A stretch of DNA of 64,000 nucleotides from the NCBI RefSeq assembly GCF_009914755.1, contig NC_060926.1. One strand, 5' to 3'. Under the pieces are notes generated by a model. It made no database searches. It was not told the DNA's origin and saw only the letters and a list, made by a program, of their open reading frames with translations. How positions within the stretch are numbered: the first letter of the stretch is position 1; each line of letters opens with the position of its first letter. A program made the translations under genes and the position numbers. The stretch comes from the human T2T-CHM13v2.0 reference genome, Homo sapiens. Shown here piece by piece: positions 17,286-32,416 of this stretch.

Positions 17286-18105
17286 CTAGAGCACAAAGTC
17301 TACTGTGAAATGGATCTGTTCATTACTCCCTACAAATAAATACACTACATCAAAACTTCTCTTTGAATGACACGAGAAAGAGTAAGGGTGAAAAATACTT
17401 TTCACTGAGCTTTGGCGTGCTTGAATAAGTAACTGTTTATGAGACCATTTGATAAACCTTATAGTAGGGTTTCCTGAACTATTGTTCATAGACCAAGGTT
17501 CCATGGTCACAAAAATTATAATATTAGAATAAATTTAAACAAGATGTTTCATATGAGAACAGTTCAGCCCAATTGACAGTCTACCAGTGTGGCATCTGAA
17601 CCTCCAAAATGATCATTTCTTAAATTTAAATAACCCTGAAACCTTTTATTAAAATTCTCACAGAAATGGGGTTCCATAGAATACACTTGGGGAAATACTA
17701 TCATGATTTTCTCCACTTAGTTTCTCTGATTCTTAGGTACTGTCTTTTAAAAATAATTCTAAAATTATTATAAAACCATTTGAAGTAAATAGAAAACAGT
17801 TATGGAACAGGTAATTCAAAAGTGTTTCTTAGAGAAAGGATTTGTGAAATCAAATGTATCTTCCAACCTCAATATTCCCAGTTTCGTTTTGGAATACTTA
17901 AATTCTCTGGAATGATACTGTACCCAGAAATCATCCTTGTCCTCAAGTAAGTAATAATTTATTTGAAGAAATTGAATTTTATCTGCTTGGCTAAATTTTT
18001 TTCATTGATCCTTAACAACGTACATCTGGCTCTTCAAACTCTAATGTTAATCACATACCAATATGACCCTCCCTGCTTCCACACTAACTGAGTTGGTTGG
18101 TATCT

Positions 18106-18106
<1 letters not shown>

Positions 18107-18148
<42 letters not shown>
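18107..18148. repeat. Compound microsatellite (TG)n(AG)n
   Basis: Read directly; intron 7. Confidence 0.93.
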
Positions 18149-19664
18149 ACTTGTAATACCAGCCTTGGAAAAACGTAATCAGTAAGTGACTATGCTTCAG
18201 AAAAAATAATAGAATACTGTACACTCTAAAATGGTTTTATTTTGTACTGATTATCTCCACTGCTGCTGTCTTTTGTCCTCGGTTGACAATATAAAAAGAA
18301 ACTGTTCTTTCAGATGATTTGCAAGGTTGAGTACAGCCAGCCCCATGGTGACTAGTCATAATGCTTTCCTTTTTGCTAATACAACCTACTTCATTTCATC
18401 TTGCAATAAGTGATGAATTTCTTTTGATTGGAGAGCAATTGCCTTATAGAATCACATGCCCTGGATGTTTACTATACATCTAGAAAAAGCAGAACTCCTT
18501 CAATTGCTCAAAAAATATGTACAACAATGACTTTATGAGGATCCTGACCTAACAATGTTGTCTATACAAGGCTGTTTCTATAGAACAGCAAGAATTTATA
18601 TTCACTGGGCCATTCAGGATGCTCCAGAAGTGGAAATGAGGCTAAAAAGCCCTCATGTCTAAAGAAAGCAAGGAGGTGGCTGAATTTACAAGGCCATAAA
18701 GAAGTTTTTGTATTAAATATTTCTGCCTCTCTAACAAACTTCACTACCCAAAAGAACTATTATGAATTTTTTAAAAATATTAAATGAAGACATAAAAAAG
18801 AGAAGTAACTTGTACATAAGTTTCAAACACTTCAATTTAAAAAAAAAAAAACAGAAGTTCATACCAGAACTCTAAGCCATAAATTAGTGACTAGTTAAGG
18901 ATTAAATTGTTATCTTTTTTGGTAAACAAATTGATTATCACTTTTAACAGATATTCTAGGTTACAGACTTAAGCTTGGTGCTATTTAAAGAAGAGATAAG
19001 CTATATTTCACACCCACGTAGTGGTTTCAGTGAATTATTTGTACACAAAAGTTCATTCCTTTGGTTACATCTATCATACAACAAATAGCGAATTAACACA
19101 TTTTAAACTCAACCCTTCCCTTAAAAATGCACTCAATGGCAAGAGCTATGCATTTACTGTTGTATTCATCTTACGCATTTATGTCTTTGTCTTGGGGGCC
19201 ATGAAAAAGAATTTCTCTGCATAAATGCAACTTATGCAATTTAAACAAAAGACAGGAGCTCTACCCAATAAGTGTGCAACCATTCCAGCTTTAATAGCTT
19301 CTAAAAACTATACAGCCCCTTAGCCGTGATTGTTTTCAGAAATGTAATTCATTCACTGAAGTAGAAGGAAAGTTAGGCAATCTTCCCCAATGATTTTCTA
19401 AAATCTCCAGGTGCCTGTTTTCGAGCATGTGCATCTGTGTGCATGTGCATCTGCGTCATGATACGCAGTAGTGGATCTGACTTGCCTTACCCCTCCTCCA
19501 AATACAGCCATTCCAAAGCTCATGCCAAAGAAACACAGACCCATTTCCTTGACCAGCACTAGACAAATTTTTCTTATAATGATGATAATCTTAAACCAAC
19601 TTTGAGGCAGAAATACTGAAAGAAGTAATGTTAGTGTGGTTTCTGAACAGGAAATTGCATTTAC

Positions 19665-19731
19665 CATGAAGCAGACGATGTTCCTGTAACTGCAGAGATC
19701 TGTACTCCACCCATTTTTGTTTCAAAGTTTG
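19665..19731 (-). CDS. CYTIP: CYTIP exon 7 (67 nt, coiled coil)
   Basis: Acceptor (T)18aatctcacag|CAA; QTLKQKWVEYRSLQLQEHRLLH(G); donor ATG|gtaaat. Confidence 0.96.
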
Positions 19732-20183
19732 CTGTGAGATTAAAAAAAAAAAAAAAAAAGTTTTTATTATTAGGAAACCCCAGTGAAGCTAGCAATTTAA
19801 TTCTAGGTGTTGAGATTTGTCATTAAATTTTTTACCTTTCTTTCTAGTACTACCATTCCATCTCATCCATTTAAAATATTTTTGCTGTATAAAAGGAGGA
19901 TATTGAGAATACTATGCCCTCAAAAAATAATCTAGTAGTACCAACAAGCTTTCTTTTAAAAAACAAGAAAAACAATAAAATATACTTTTATTTAAACAAT
20001 TATTTTAATAAGATTATTTGGGTTTGTGAAAACGTACTTGCTGTTTAGGCAAGGATTTATACTCTAGGATTCCCACATCTGTAGGATGAAGACAATAATA
20101 GAGCCTAAACCCCAGAAATGTTATGAGGATTAGATGAGTGCATAGATGTAAAATTTTTAGAACAGTGACTAGAACTTAGTTAA

Positions 20184-20434
<251 letters not shown>

Positions 20435-21197
20435 TTGGACAGCTATTTATTTTCCACACAAAAAAGGAGAACAGAACTATCTGAAATGCTTCCTTAGCGG
20501 GCTAAACTTAGAACACTGCTAAGCACCCTAACTTCTTAACTGCCTCCCTTCTTGGCTGCCCCAGCACACGAGAGCTGAGACCCACAGTGGGAATTAAGTA
20601 GCTGCCACATGGGTCAAGACAGCACACAAGTCTTGGCCTATCCCACAGAGGGGACTGAGGCAATGGCAATCTAAAACAAACCAGGCAGAAGGCATCTGAA
20701 AAGACATAGCCATAGGCTCACTGTCTCCCATTATTTATTCTCTACTGTTCCCCTTCCTTTGCAAATTCAGGTCCCTATAGCAAGCCTAGCAAGTGGGCAC
20801 AGCTCAGGTTTGCCTGTGGACTCTTAGGCCAAAGGAAAGACAGCCTAGTTGAAACAAGCAATCCTTGCCACAAAGCAATCTGCAAGGAGTAGATGAAGGC
20901 TAAAAAGGAAGAGGCAAAAAATGTATATTTGGAGAAGGATTAAAGGAAAGAAAATAATAAAATTGCAAGAACGTCATTAAATGCTTAAGAGGAACATGGC
21001 TTGTTCCTCAGTCTTCAAAGATTGAACAATAACTGGGCAGAATTTTCCAAACTTTGATACTAGTAACAATTAACAGCAACCCTTATGGTTGCCAATATAA
21101 AATCGAGCAATAAATCAATCAAATGCTTGACTCAATCAACTTCTTGTTCTTTCTGTACCATAATATAGTCTAGACTAGCTTTAATACTGCTTTGAGG

Positions 21198-21818
<621 letters not shown>

Positions 21819-23526
21819 GGACTGCTATGCTGCCTTATTCCCAGCTTTTAACTGTGTAAATCTGTGGTTATATGAAGGTCAAAATTAGGGACGTAGGGAG
21901 TATAAGGCTAGCAAGTGCCTGGCATACATACCAACCTCTTTCATCTTTCTTAAAGAGATTTATTTCCTACAAGAGACTAGCGTCCAGTTGAGGAGCATAG
22001 GGATAGGTCAACAGTAAAAACTAGAGACAGAAAGAAGAGGAAGTTATATTTCTGCACTTACTATCTAAAAATACGAAGTCAGCACTGGCTGACTTTATAT
22101 ATACAGTCAATTTTTGGAAAAATACTGGTTTTGCAATATCTGATTTGTTGATTTGACCCAGTCATTTCAGTATGTCGTCACTTAAACCAAGAAAATACCA
22201 GTGTAAAGAGCAGATGTGTCAAAGTGACTAAGGGTTTTTCAACTGTAACCAAGCTTCCCTATTTTCCTTTGGGTCTGTTTCTGCCTGTGTTACTGACATC
22301 ACAATTGTTTATTTAGACATATCTGAGCTCTCATTGGATGAGAACTAAAGCACAAGTGAGATCTAACCCCACTGGGCAGCATCACCTCACTGTGCCTAGT
22401 TCAGTGCCAGCTACATAGCAGCTACTCAGTAAATAATGGTTGAATGAATACGTGAAAATAATGGCTTCCTAAAACAACTCTCAGCTATCACACATTTGTT
22501 CCAAAGAAGTTTCCAATGCTTTCAATCTACAGGAGACATACAGCTGAACATTTCCATGGCACTTTAGTACTTCAATTGTGTTTTCACTGATAACATGATA
22601 TTTAATTTTCATAACTTCCCTAAAAAGTTACAGATTCGAAAATGAATATTCAATGTAACAAAATATTTCCCAAGCAATATAAACCCAGTAAATAGCAGAA
22701 GTAGATTACAAACTAGCTTTCCCAGCTAGCCCATTGGATGTGCTGTTTTCATGTTGAACATTTGAATCATAGGTCAGAAGAAAGGGAATCCCTGAAAATG
22801 TGGATCAGAAAGGACCACTGTTTCTAAAGAAGAGCCCCTGGTGCAATGAAGAGTCTTTGAGGGAAAGAATGCTGACTTACACAGGATGCACAAAATAAAT
22901 GTCACTGTGTGGAGGGGAAACCAGCCTGACCTTGGCTATGGGTCAGACCAAGACATTTTTGGCTCAAGAGTTAAACGGAATCTCATAATTTCAAGATTAG
23001 AAACAGGACAGACATGCAAGATAGAAAACAGAATGAAACTTAAAGTCTTCTGGATATGGAGAAGCAGAAATAAATTCTATGGCAATATATGGTTTAAATA
23101 CACCTATCTGAAACACAGGTCTGAGACAGGTTTTCCGCTTAAGAAAAAAACATTGGCTGAAGCTCCATCACTGGGAAAGGAGGCTGAGAAAAGCTGATGC
23201 TGCTGGCTATGGCTCATGTAGAGCTTGTATGTTGAAAGGCAGGAATACCTAAACACAGCCTCGTGACCTGAGCCAAACAGCTCACTGAGTCTTCAGGAAA
23301 GGCACGGAAGCCCCCAGACCTGGCTCTGGATTGATAGCCTTGAAGTGCCAAGTGGGGGCAAGCATCCAATTATCACATTGTGCTGAAGGGAGAGGCTATA
23401 TGCCATGCAAGAGAAGTAGGCAATCTAAACCTCCAAACACAGATGTTTAATGATAAAAAAGATAATAAAATTGATAATTTGTGCATAGATTGTCTCTAAA
23501 CAAAATGAAAATAGAAAAGTGTTCAA

Positions 23527-23849
<323 letters not shown>

Positions 23850-24621
23850 TTAAAATAAGAATTTTTATAATCCTCTGAGAGATATAATCCTCTGAGAGAT
23901 CAATGTTTATAAGAACAAGAAATTTGAAATGACAAAACAAGAACAGATAGACATGAAAAAGAACTACAAGATAATAAGAAAGTAATTTTTATAACTCAAT
24001 AGAAATAACACATTCTGTACAGAACAGCTAGCAAGAACATTTCTGGAGATGTTACTAAAGAATTCAGAAAGAATATAACACAAAAATATAAATAAAGACC
24101 TATGAAATAGTCATTAGGAAGCATGAAAGATAAATCAAGAAACTATGCCTAACATGAATTCCAGAAGATAATACAAGAGTGGTGTAGAAGGTATATTCCA
24201 AAAAGATTGAGTTGATAGTTTTCCAAAGCTAAAGAAAGTCTTTAAACAGAAAGAGCACTATAAGATCTACACGGTATAAATTTAGAAATGAATCCAGAAC
24301 TAATTGCATTGTAGTAAAACCGTAGATCAATAAGGACAAAAGAATATCTTAAAGCAACCAGAAAAAGGATTAAAGATGGCCACAAATACTGGTTTTCTAG
24401 AAGATCCAAAAATAGAAAATCCCGTAGAGAAAGAGTTATCAAGAAAAAAAAAGAAGCATAAAAAGTGGTACAAACTGCAAGAAAAAAATGGGGGCACACT
24501 CAATTTTTGACAAAAATTTAAAACATCAGAATAATATTTTACTGTCAACTCAGTTAATAAATTTAAAAACTTTGTTAACAAAAACATAAGTCGCTAAAAC
24601 TGTCTTTAAAAAAAAACCAGA

Positions 24622-25006
<385 letters not shown>

Positions 25007-25997
25007 CTAAAACAAAATGATTCAGATGGTATTATTAAAATTCTGCCAGAAAATAAGAAGAGGAAAACAGTCCCCAGGTCATGCTAAGAGTCTAGTAAAC
25101 TTGATACCAAAACTTAAAAAGATAATCTAAGAAAATAAAATTACAGGCCAGTCTACCTGAAAAATGAAACTCTTTCAAAATCCTAAATACAATATTAGCA
25201 AATCGAACCTGTAATTACATTTACAAATTATAAATTTCAAGAATAAGCCAGCTTGGGTTTATCATAGAAATGAAATGGTAGCTTTATATTAGAATATATT
25301 TAAATTTCATTCACATATTGACAGAATTTTTTCAAATGAATAAATGAGAAGACCAGCTTAACAGATGCATAAAAAAAGTATTTGATAAAGTTTAATGGAC
25401 AAGCACTATAAACACTACCAGCAAACTTCGTATAGAAGGGAGTCTCCTTAATCTGAAAGATAGCTCATTCCTAGTGGAAAAGAAATTAGGAAGAATTTCC
25501 TTTAAAATCAAGAATAAAACAAGGATGCCTACAACCATAATTTCTATTCATTGTTGTATGGTAGCGCCTAAGCTGTGAAGCAAAGTAAGAAAAAGAACCA
25601 AAACTCATTCATAACAGATAGTTATTATCTCTACAGTAAATCCAAAATAATCTACAGATAATTCATTAGAGTTATTAGAATAGATATTACTATTCTATAA
25701 TTTAGCAAAGTGTTTGAATATAGTCACAGCACAGAAAAATTTATTTCACATGTCTATTAACGTCAATCAAAGCATTAGTTTTTGTAAAGAAACGATAATA
25801 AGAACAAAAAACATAAGGTACAGAGGACTAAGTCTAACAGAAGATGTATAAGACCTATATGCATAAAATTATAACTTTATTAGAAAGACTTTAAAGAAAA
25901 CAACAAAAAATGGTAAGATCATCTATCAATAAAAAAACAGAATACCATATGATGTTGTTTCCTCAAATTGATATATATATATATAATGTGCAATCAG

Positions 25998-26160
25998 AGC
26001 CAGGAATGGTGGCTCAAGCCTGTAATCCCAGGAATTCAGGAGGCTGAGATAGGAGAACTGCTTGAGCCCAGAGTTTGAGACTATAGTAAGCTATGATCAC
26101 GTTGCTGCACTCCAGCAAGGGCAATAGAGTGAGACCCTGTCTCCAAAAATAGATAAAAAA
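25998..26160 (+). mobile_element. Alu monomer (FRAM/FAM-like)
   Basis: gccaggaatggtggctcaagcctgtaatccca...gagtgagaccctgtctcc plus A-rich tail; single arm. Confidence 0.8.
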
Positions 26161-28804
26161 AATTTGAAATCAATCAAAACACCAACATTTATTTACATAT
26201 AATCTGCTTTTATAATTTATATAGATGATCAAAGGACCAAGAATAACTGTGCCCAATGTGATATCAAGATTCATTATAAATAGTTTGGGATAAACAAATT
26301 GACCCACGGATCATATTAGAAAGCCTATAAGCAAATCCATGCATATGTGGAACTTGCTTAAAAATAGAGGTTTTACTGCAAGTCAGTTGAAGGGGAAAGG
26401 GGGACTACAAAATAAATGGTACTGGAAGAACTGGTTATTCATATGGAAAAAAATTAAATTGGAATTTTCCCCATACCTCATAATATATATAAAAATTTAT
26501 TCTGGATGAATTAAGGACTTAAAGGAAAAAGGAAAAATGTTAAAAAGCTTTAGCAGAAAATATAGATTACCTGCCAAAAATAATTAGGAGCTCTCTCATA
26601 GACAAAAATATTAAAGGAGTAATATATTCAAAGTGCTAAGGGAGCTAAACACCTACTTAGAATAATTCAATTACCTATCAAAACTCTCTTCCAATAGTAG
26701 CAGTGAAATAAAAACATTTTTACACAAAAATCTACTTATCCCCACAGAAGGAAGGACTATAGCAAGAAAGAAAGTAAACCTAGAGGTAAGGAGTACAATG
26801 CAACAAACAACAGCAAACATATCAAAACGAACAAGTTGGTGTATTTCTTCACTACCAGCTATAGAACAAAAATCTGTATTTTGTACTTTAAAAAAATTGA
26901 TACAAATCCTCTAAAGTAAGTATAATAAGGAATATAGGGTCTTCAATGGGCATTTTAAACATTGTATGGTGCTCATGATGTTCTGGAAGAGGATGGAGAT
27001 ACTGAAAAATTCATACATTGGTAAGTATGTACATTAAAACTTAAGGCAAAAACATGCAAAGAATAGAAATTGCTTAAAGGCATCAAATAATGATTTGTGC
27101 AAGTTAGTACTTTATTCCATAGAATATAGCCCTATTTTTCATTCTTGTTTTCAATATTTCTTTTTTCTAAGAAAAGGTGAAAAAGTTAAACTTTTTTAAA
27201 AAGATGTTCACTAAGATTATCTTTCTTTTGCAAAAACAAATTAACTTTAAATTCAAGTACAATATGAACCACTGTTTACCCCTCATAAAAATGTAGCAAC
27301 AAAAATGTTAGAAATGTTTTCTTTAAAGTCAACCATAAGATTACCATTATTTACAGTATATTGATGATCCTAGCCAATGCTATAGGAGAGGAAAAATAAA
27401 TTAGTTTCAATAATTGAGCTAAAGGGGCAAAAAATTTTATTATCTGCAAATGATAAGAAATCTATATAGAAAATATAAGGAAATCTATAAAAATTATTAT
27501 TAGAATAAAGGGAGTTCAACAAAACTGGATTTTTTAAATTTAAACAAAATCATTAGCAATAAGTGGCTGAAAATTAAAAGATTAATATAGCAAGAACAAT
27601 GAGGAAGTAAACAAGAATGAATATAATAAATGATATGTAAAAATATAGGAAGATAATTACAAAATATTTTTTAAGTCCATAAAAGATCTGAATAAAAAGA
27701 TTGAGATCCTGAATTCAAAGTGAGAAAAGTGAAAGCCATAAAGATTTTAATTGCTCTCATTTATTTCATAAATACAATTCAATTCCTGTCAAAATTTGAG
27801 CAGAGGTTTTTTCAAGGAATTTTATAAATTGATTTAACAAAGCACAGAGATAAGCACAGTGGCAAGAGTATCCAAACCAATGTTGACAAAGAAAGCAAGA
27901 CTTGTTGATGAGTTGGATGTGGAGGAAGAAAAAGATACAAAATAAAATCCACTCTCTTGGGCTCAATAATTAATAAGCTCATATTTCATGAAGAAAACTA
28001 ACAAATGGCAGCTATTTCTAAATAAAGCCAAAGTAAGCAACCTGCTTAAAGTAAACTACAATCTCTGCTCAGATTGGCTACCTGGTTGCTCTGCAAGGGG
28101 GAGATTGGGATGCAGAGGTCACTGAGACAAACAGAGAGGTCTTTAGAACTATGACTCAGATGCATGAGTGAGGGTCTGGACTTCATGGCTTAGGAGACCC
28201 TCATCAGCCCAGAAAACTGAGATTTTTAAAAGCCTCAAAAGACCATCCCAGGGAATTTTCAATGGACCTCCTGCATTATTTACTATCTCTTGGACGCTAA
28301 TTTCTTCCTCCTTTGAATTTGCTAGTGTATTTGCCAATGAAAGCAGATTCAAGGACAGTCACAGGATTAGACGGATAAGGTTTTCGTTTTAAGGATGAGG
28401 CAGAAGAGAAGGACACCAAAAGAGGACACGGAAAAAGTGAAAAACCCAGGCCCTCCAACACACTTGGGAAAATAATGACCTTTTTTGTTTTAATTCCAAA
28501 CAAAATGTAAATCAATAGAGATCACAGGTGCACTAATGAAGAGTTCTTCAAGTGGCATGCCTTCCTGTTGCCTTTCTGAGCCTCATAGACACACAGAAGG
28601 AGGAAGGAAGAAAGTGATTTACACTGGTTTGCAGAATTTGATATTCCTCCAGAGGTAATTGTGCGGCTCTTGATAATTCAGCAGTTTAGATTCACCACGA
28701 CATTTCTTTTTCAAGGGCTATCTCAGTTCCTCAAATAGATCTTTATTTTACCACTCACACATTCAAGGATGAAAAATGTGCCTCACTGCATTAAATTAAA
28801 TTAC

Positions 28805-28874
28805 CTTTAAAACCTGCAGCTTTGCTTCAAGCTCCGTTCTTTTCAGAATCATTGTTCCATTAAGAGTCTCTATC
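28805..28874 (-). CDS. CYTIP: CYTIP exon 6 (70 nt, PDZ end / coiled coil)
   Basis: Acceptor aaacag|G; IETLNGTMILKRTELEAKLQVLK; donor AAG|gtaatt. Confidence 0.96.
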
Positions 28875-30399
28875 CTGTTTTAAGGAAAAAAAAAAGAAGA
28901 GGAAGGTGGGGAGTGAGTAACATGAGTGATTCGTTTAAATAAGTACCATACTACAGAGTACTACACTTTGAGCACATACTATACTAAAAACGAAATATAA
29001 ATGTTACAGTTCTCATGGCACTTCGAGTAGCTGGACCAAAGCCAAATCTTCTGATAACAGAGAAAGAAAATGGGGGAAAACTCCCCTTGAGAAGGTGGCT
29101 AAAAGAAAGGATCCTAGTTAATTTGTAAACTATAGCTTATTTTATAGAAGTCACTATGTGACAATGATGGCTGCTCTCTACTAGAATCTGTTCTTGTGGG
29201 GATGGGCTGAATGACCTCACTCATTTGGTAAATATTTATTGGGCATCTACTATGTACCAGATTCTAGAAACCATGCTGAACACAAGGGGCACAACAACAG
29301 AAATAATAGGCTCTAGGGGCTTTCACAACCATGGAATTAACATGCTACTTCTTGAAAGAGGGAGAAATCCTTTCCTCCATAGGATTCTAGGAGCCTTTAC
29401 CTCTGTAAATCTCCTTATAATTTTGGTACTAGAAGAAACAGAAGTACAACTACTATGACATAATAACCTTCATATGATTCTTTATCTCAAAACATTCAGT
29501 TTACAAACTCTAATCCTAGAATTATCAACTTACCAGTGTTCTGTTCTTCCCACACCACACACATTTCTAAAAATAAAATACTTGTTCTATTCTGAGTGAT
29601 TTGATTTGTTCTGTGTGTTCAAGTTAAAGGCTTTTATTTTGACTACTAAACCATCAATCTGAATATGATTTAAAAATTTCATTTGTGAATCACACACCAA
29701 TTTTTAAAGTGTTGGTTCAAGTTCCTTCTTGTAATTAAGCTGTACCTCTCTATAAAGATGCAAGGAATTTTTCAAGGCATGGTAAAAGCATTAAATGTGG
29801 AGATCAGTCTTCTACTTCTAATAGCATCATGCCAGGAATAATCAGGTGGTAGCAAGCTATATACTGTCTGTTTTCTCCTTAAGGTGATCTTGACTCTCTG
29901 AGAAATGGTGGGAATCCATATGAATCTGTTTCATTGGGATTGAATGTCAGTTTGACCTGCTGAAGCAATAGATGTGTATGGGCAAAACTGCAACCATTGA
30001 TTTGGCCATTTTCCTCAGTATTTGTACAGACTGTCTCCCATTTTCCCGGATTTCCAACAGTTACCTCCATCTACAACCCCTATTTACCTGTGGTCTACCC
30101 TCTTCACCCATGTGGAACATGCTTTCTGACTCTAACTACCAGCAGTTCCCCTCAGACTCTGCACGGTTCCTCTCCTTTGGATCCAGGGTTCTCTAGAGCA
30201 AAAGCACCTCATCCTTTACCCTGAACTCACAGGACCTATAGAGTTGGACCCAATTTGTTACCACCACCATCTTTCAAATCTGCTCTCACAAACACCCAAA
30301 GCATCCTTTGAAGTTTTACACCAGAATCACTGAAAAGCATCCAGCAGATTTTCTACTGGCAGCTTCCAAGGAGCAGCTGTAGCTGAAAAGGACAGATCC

Positions 30400-31080
30400 T
30401 GGCATCCAGAGCAGGTGGTCAAACCCCAGCCCTATCACTTACCAGTTATGTGACCTTAACTAAGCCCCCTCTAAGCTTCAGGCACTTCATCTATAAATAG
30501 GAATAAAATTAACCTCATGGGTGGCTGTGAAGAATAAATGACACAATATATGACCCACCTCAATCAGAATAAAACCCAAACTTGTTGGCATGTCCAAAGA
30601 GATCCATGGTCTGCCCCCAGGCCAACTCTCTGGCTTCATTTCTTATTATACCCTCTCTAATCCATCAAATACCAATTATACTGTCTTTTTCTCTTTCCCT
30701 TGTACATGCCAAGCCCATTGTGAGCACTCAGAGACCTCTCTCTTTGCCTGAAGTGCTCTTACGAGGAGTTCATTTGACCATCCTTCTCTTCATTTAGATC
30801 TCAACTCAAATATCGCCTCCCTAGAAAAGACCACTTTACACATCTAAGCCAAACTAGCAGCCTTCTTACCTAGCATGACAGGCCATTGCTGTTTTGCACT
30901 TTTCTCATAGTAGTTATCAATAACTGAAATATACACATTACTTAAATTTCAGGCTTTTCTGAGCCATTTCCTTCCATAACTATTAACGTACTAAGAGAGT
31001 CTTTATCTTCGTCTCTCCTGAGCCTATCACAGAGCTGGAAACATAGTATTTGCTCAATAAATATGATTTTAATGAATGAG
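30400..31080. mobile_element. MIR and L2 fragments
   Basis: cacttaccagttatgtgacctt..catctataaatagg (MIR); tctcaactcaaatatcgcctcc..acatagta..tgctcaataaatatg...aatgaatg (L2 3' end). Confidence 0.7.
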
Positions 31081-31195
31081 CGAATTTCATCATTTAACTA
31101 TCCTAATAAGATTTTATTAGGTGCTAGTATTGTTATGGTAGAAAAATCAGTCAAACCTCTAATTGGGAAAGCCAGTGTTCTATTAAGAAGTTTGG

Positions 31196-31673
<478 letters not shown>

Positions 31674-32012
31674 TCAACCATGAAAATTGGATCAGTTCTT
31701 CCCAGTTTAAAGAGAATGTGTGCCAGTTTAATTGAATTTGACATTAAAAAAATACATTTGTAAAGGCCATCCTTCCCACACAGACGTTTGGGCTATTGAT
31801 GTCCTCTGACTTCAGATGTTGACAGTATGTTCAAGTGTGAGGAATCTTGAGAAACAAAAGGAACTGATAATGTTTGTACCCCACTCTAAAGCTCCGGTGC
31901 ACTGCCTCACTCCGTCTTGTAATGCTGAACAAAAGGCCTATTTATTCACTCATCAGGCTTTATGAGAAAACATAACATTTTGAAGCCCCACGGGAACTAG
32001 ACAGATAGTTAC

Positions 32013-32106
32013 GTTAGCAGGTTTCCGGACGATCTGATCAGGTCAACGACTTGTTTGTAGGTAAAACCTTCTGTGCTCACACCATTGATATTTGCAAGGA
32101 CATCAC
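32013..32106 (-). CDS. CYTIP: CYTIP exon 5 (94 nt, PDZ)
   Basis: Acceptor tcccag|GT; [31 protein letters not shown](T); donor AAC|gtaact. Confidence 0.96.
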
Positions 32107-32313
32107 CTGGGAGATGCCAAGAAAAATGAGTGTTATGTTGGTTAGTTAAATAATCCCTCCTGACATGCAAATGAAACAAGCAGCTCCAAGTCTTAAAAAC
32201 ATAAAGGAGCCAAGAAAACTCAAAGCAACAAATACATCCTGACCTTCACTCTCAAAACATTTTATTTTCTTTCCATTTAAATGATTCCTAACATGAGCAA
32301 AAATTTAAGTTAC

Positions 32314-32416
32314 CAGCTTGCAGGCCAGCACAGTGAGCTGGGCTGTCCTCCTGTATTTTGCATATCAAAGTGAACATTTCCGAGGAGCAGGCATTCTGAT
32401 TCTGGGGCCTGTAAGA
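32314..32416 (-). CDS. CYTIP: CYTIP exon 4 (103 nt, PDZ)
   Basis: Acceptor ttttacag|TCT; [34 protein letters not shown](G) with the PDZ SPAxxAGL motif; donor CTG|gtaact. Confidence 0.96.

Noticed and set aside
15704-18122. (CA)n and (TG)n flanking the last exon as a second clamp
   Set aside because: Only ~16 bp complementary, 2.4 kb apart, the AG blocks are co-oriented, and one arm lies beyond the predicted cleavage site.
31805-31960. Possible intronic C/D-box snoRNA (TGATGA ... CTGA on the minus strand)
   Set aside because: The C box lacks its 5' purine, there is no terminal stem, it lies near the donor rather than the acceptor, and I see no recognisable rRNA guide.
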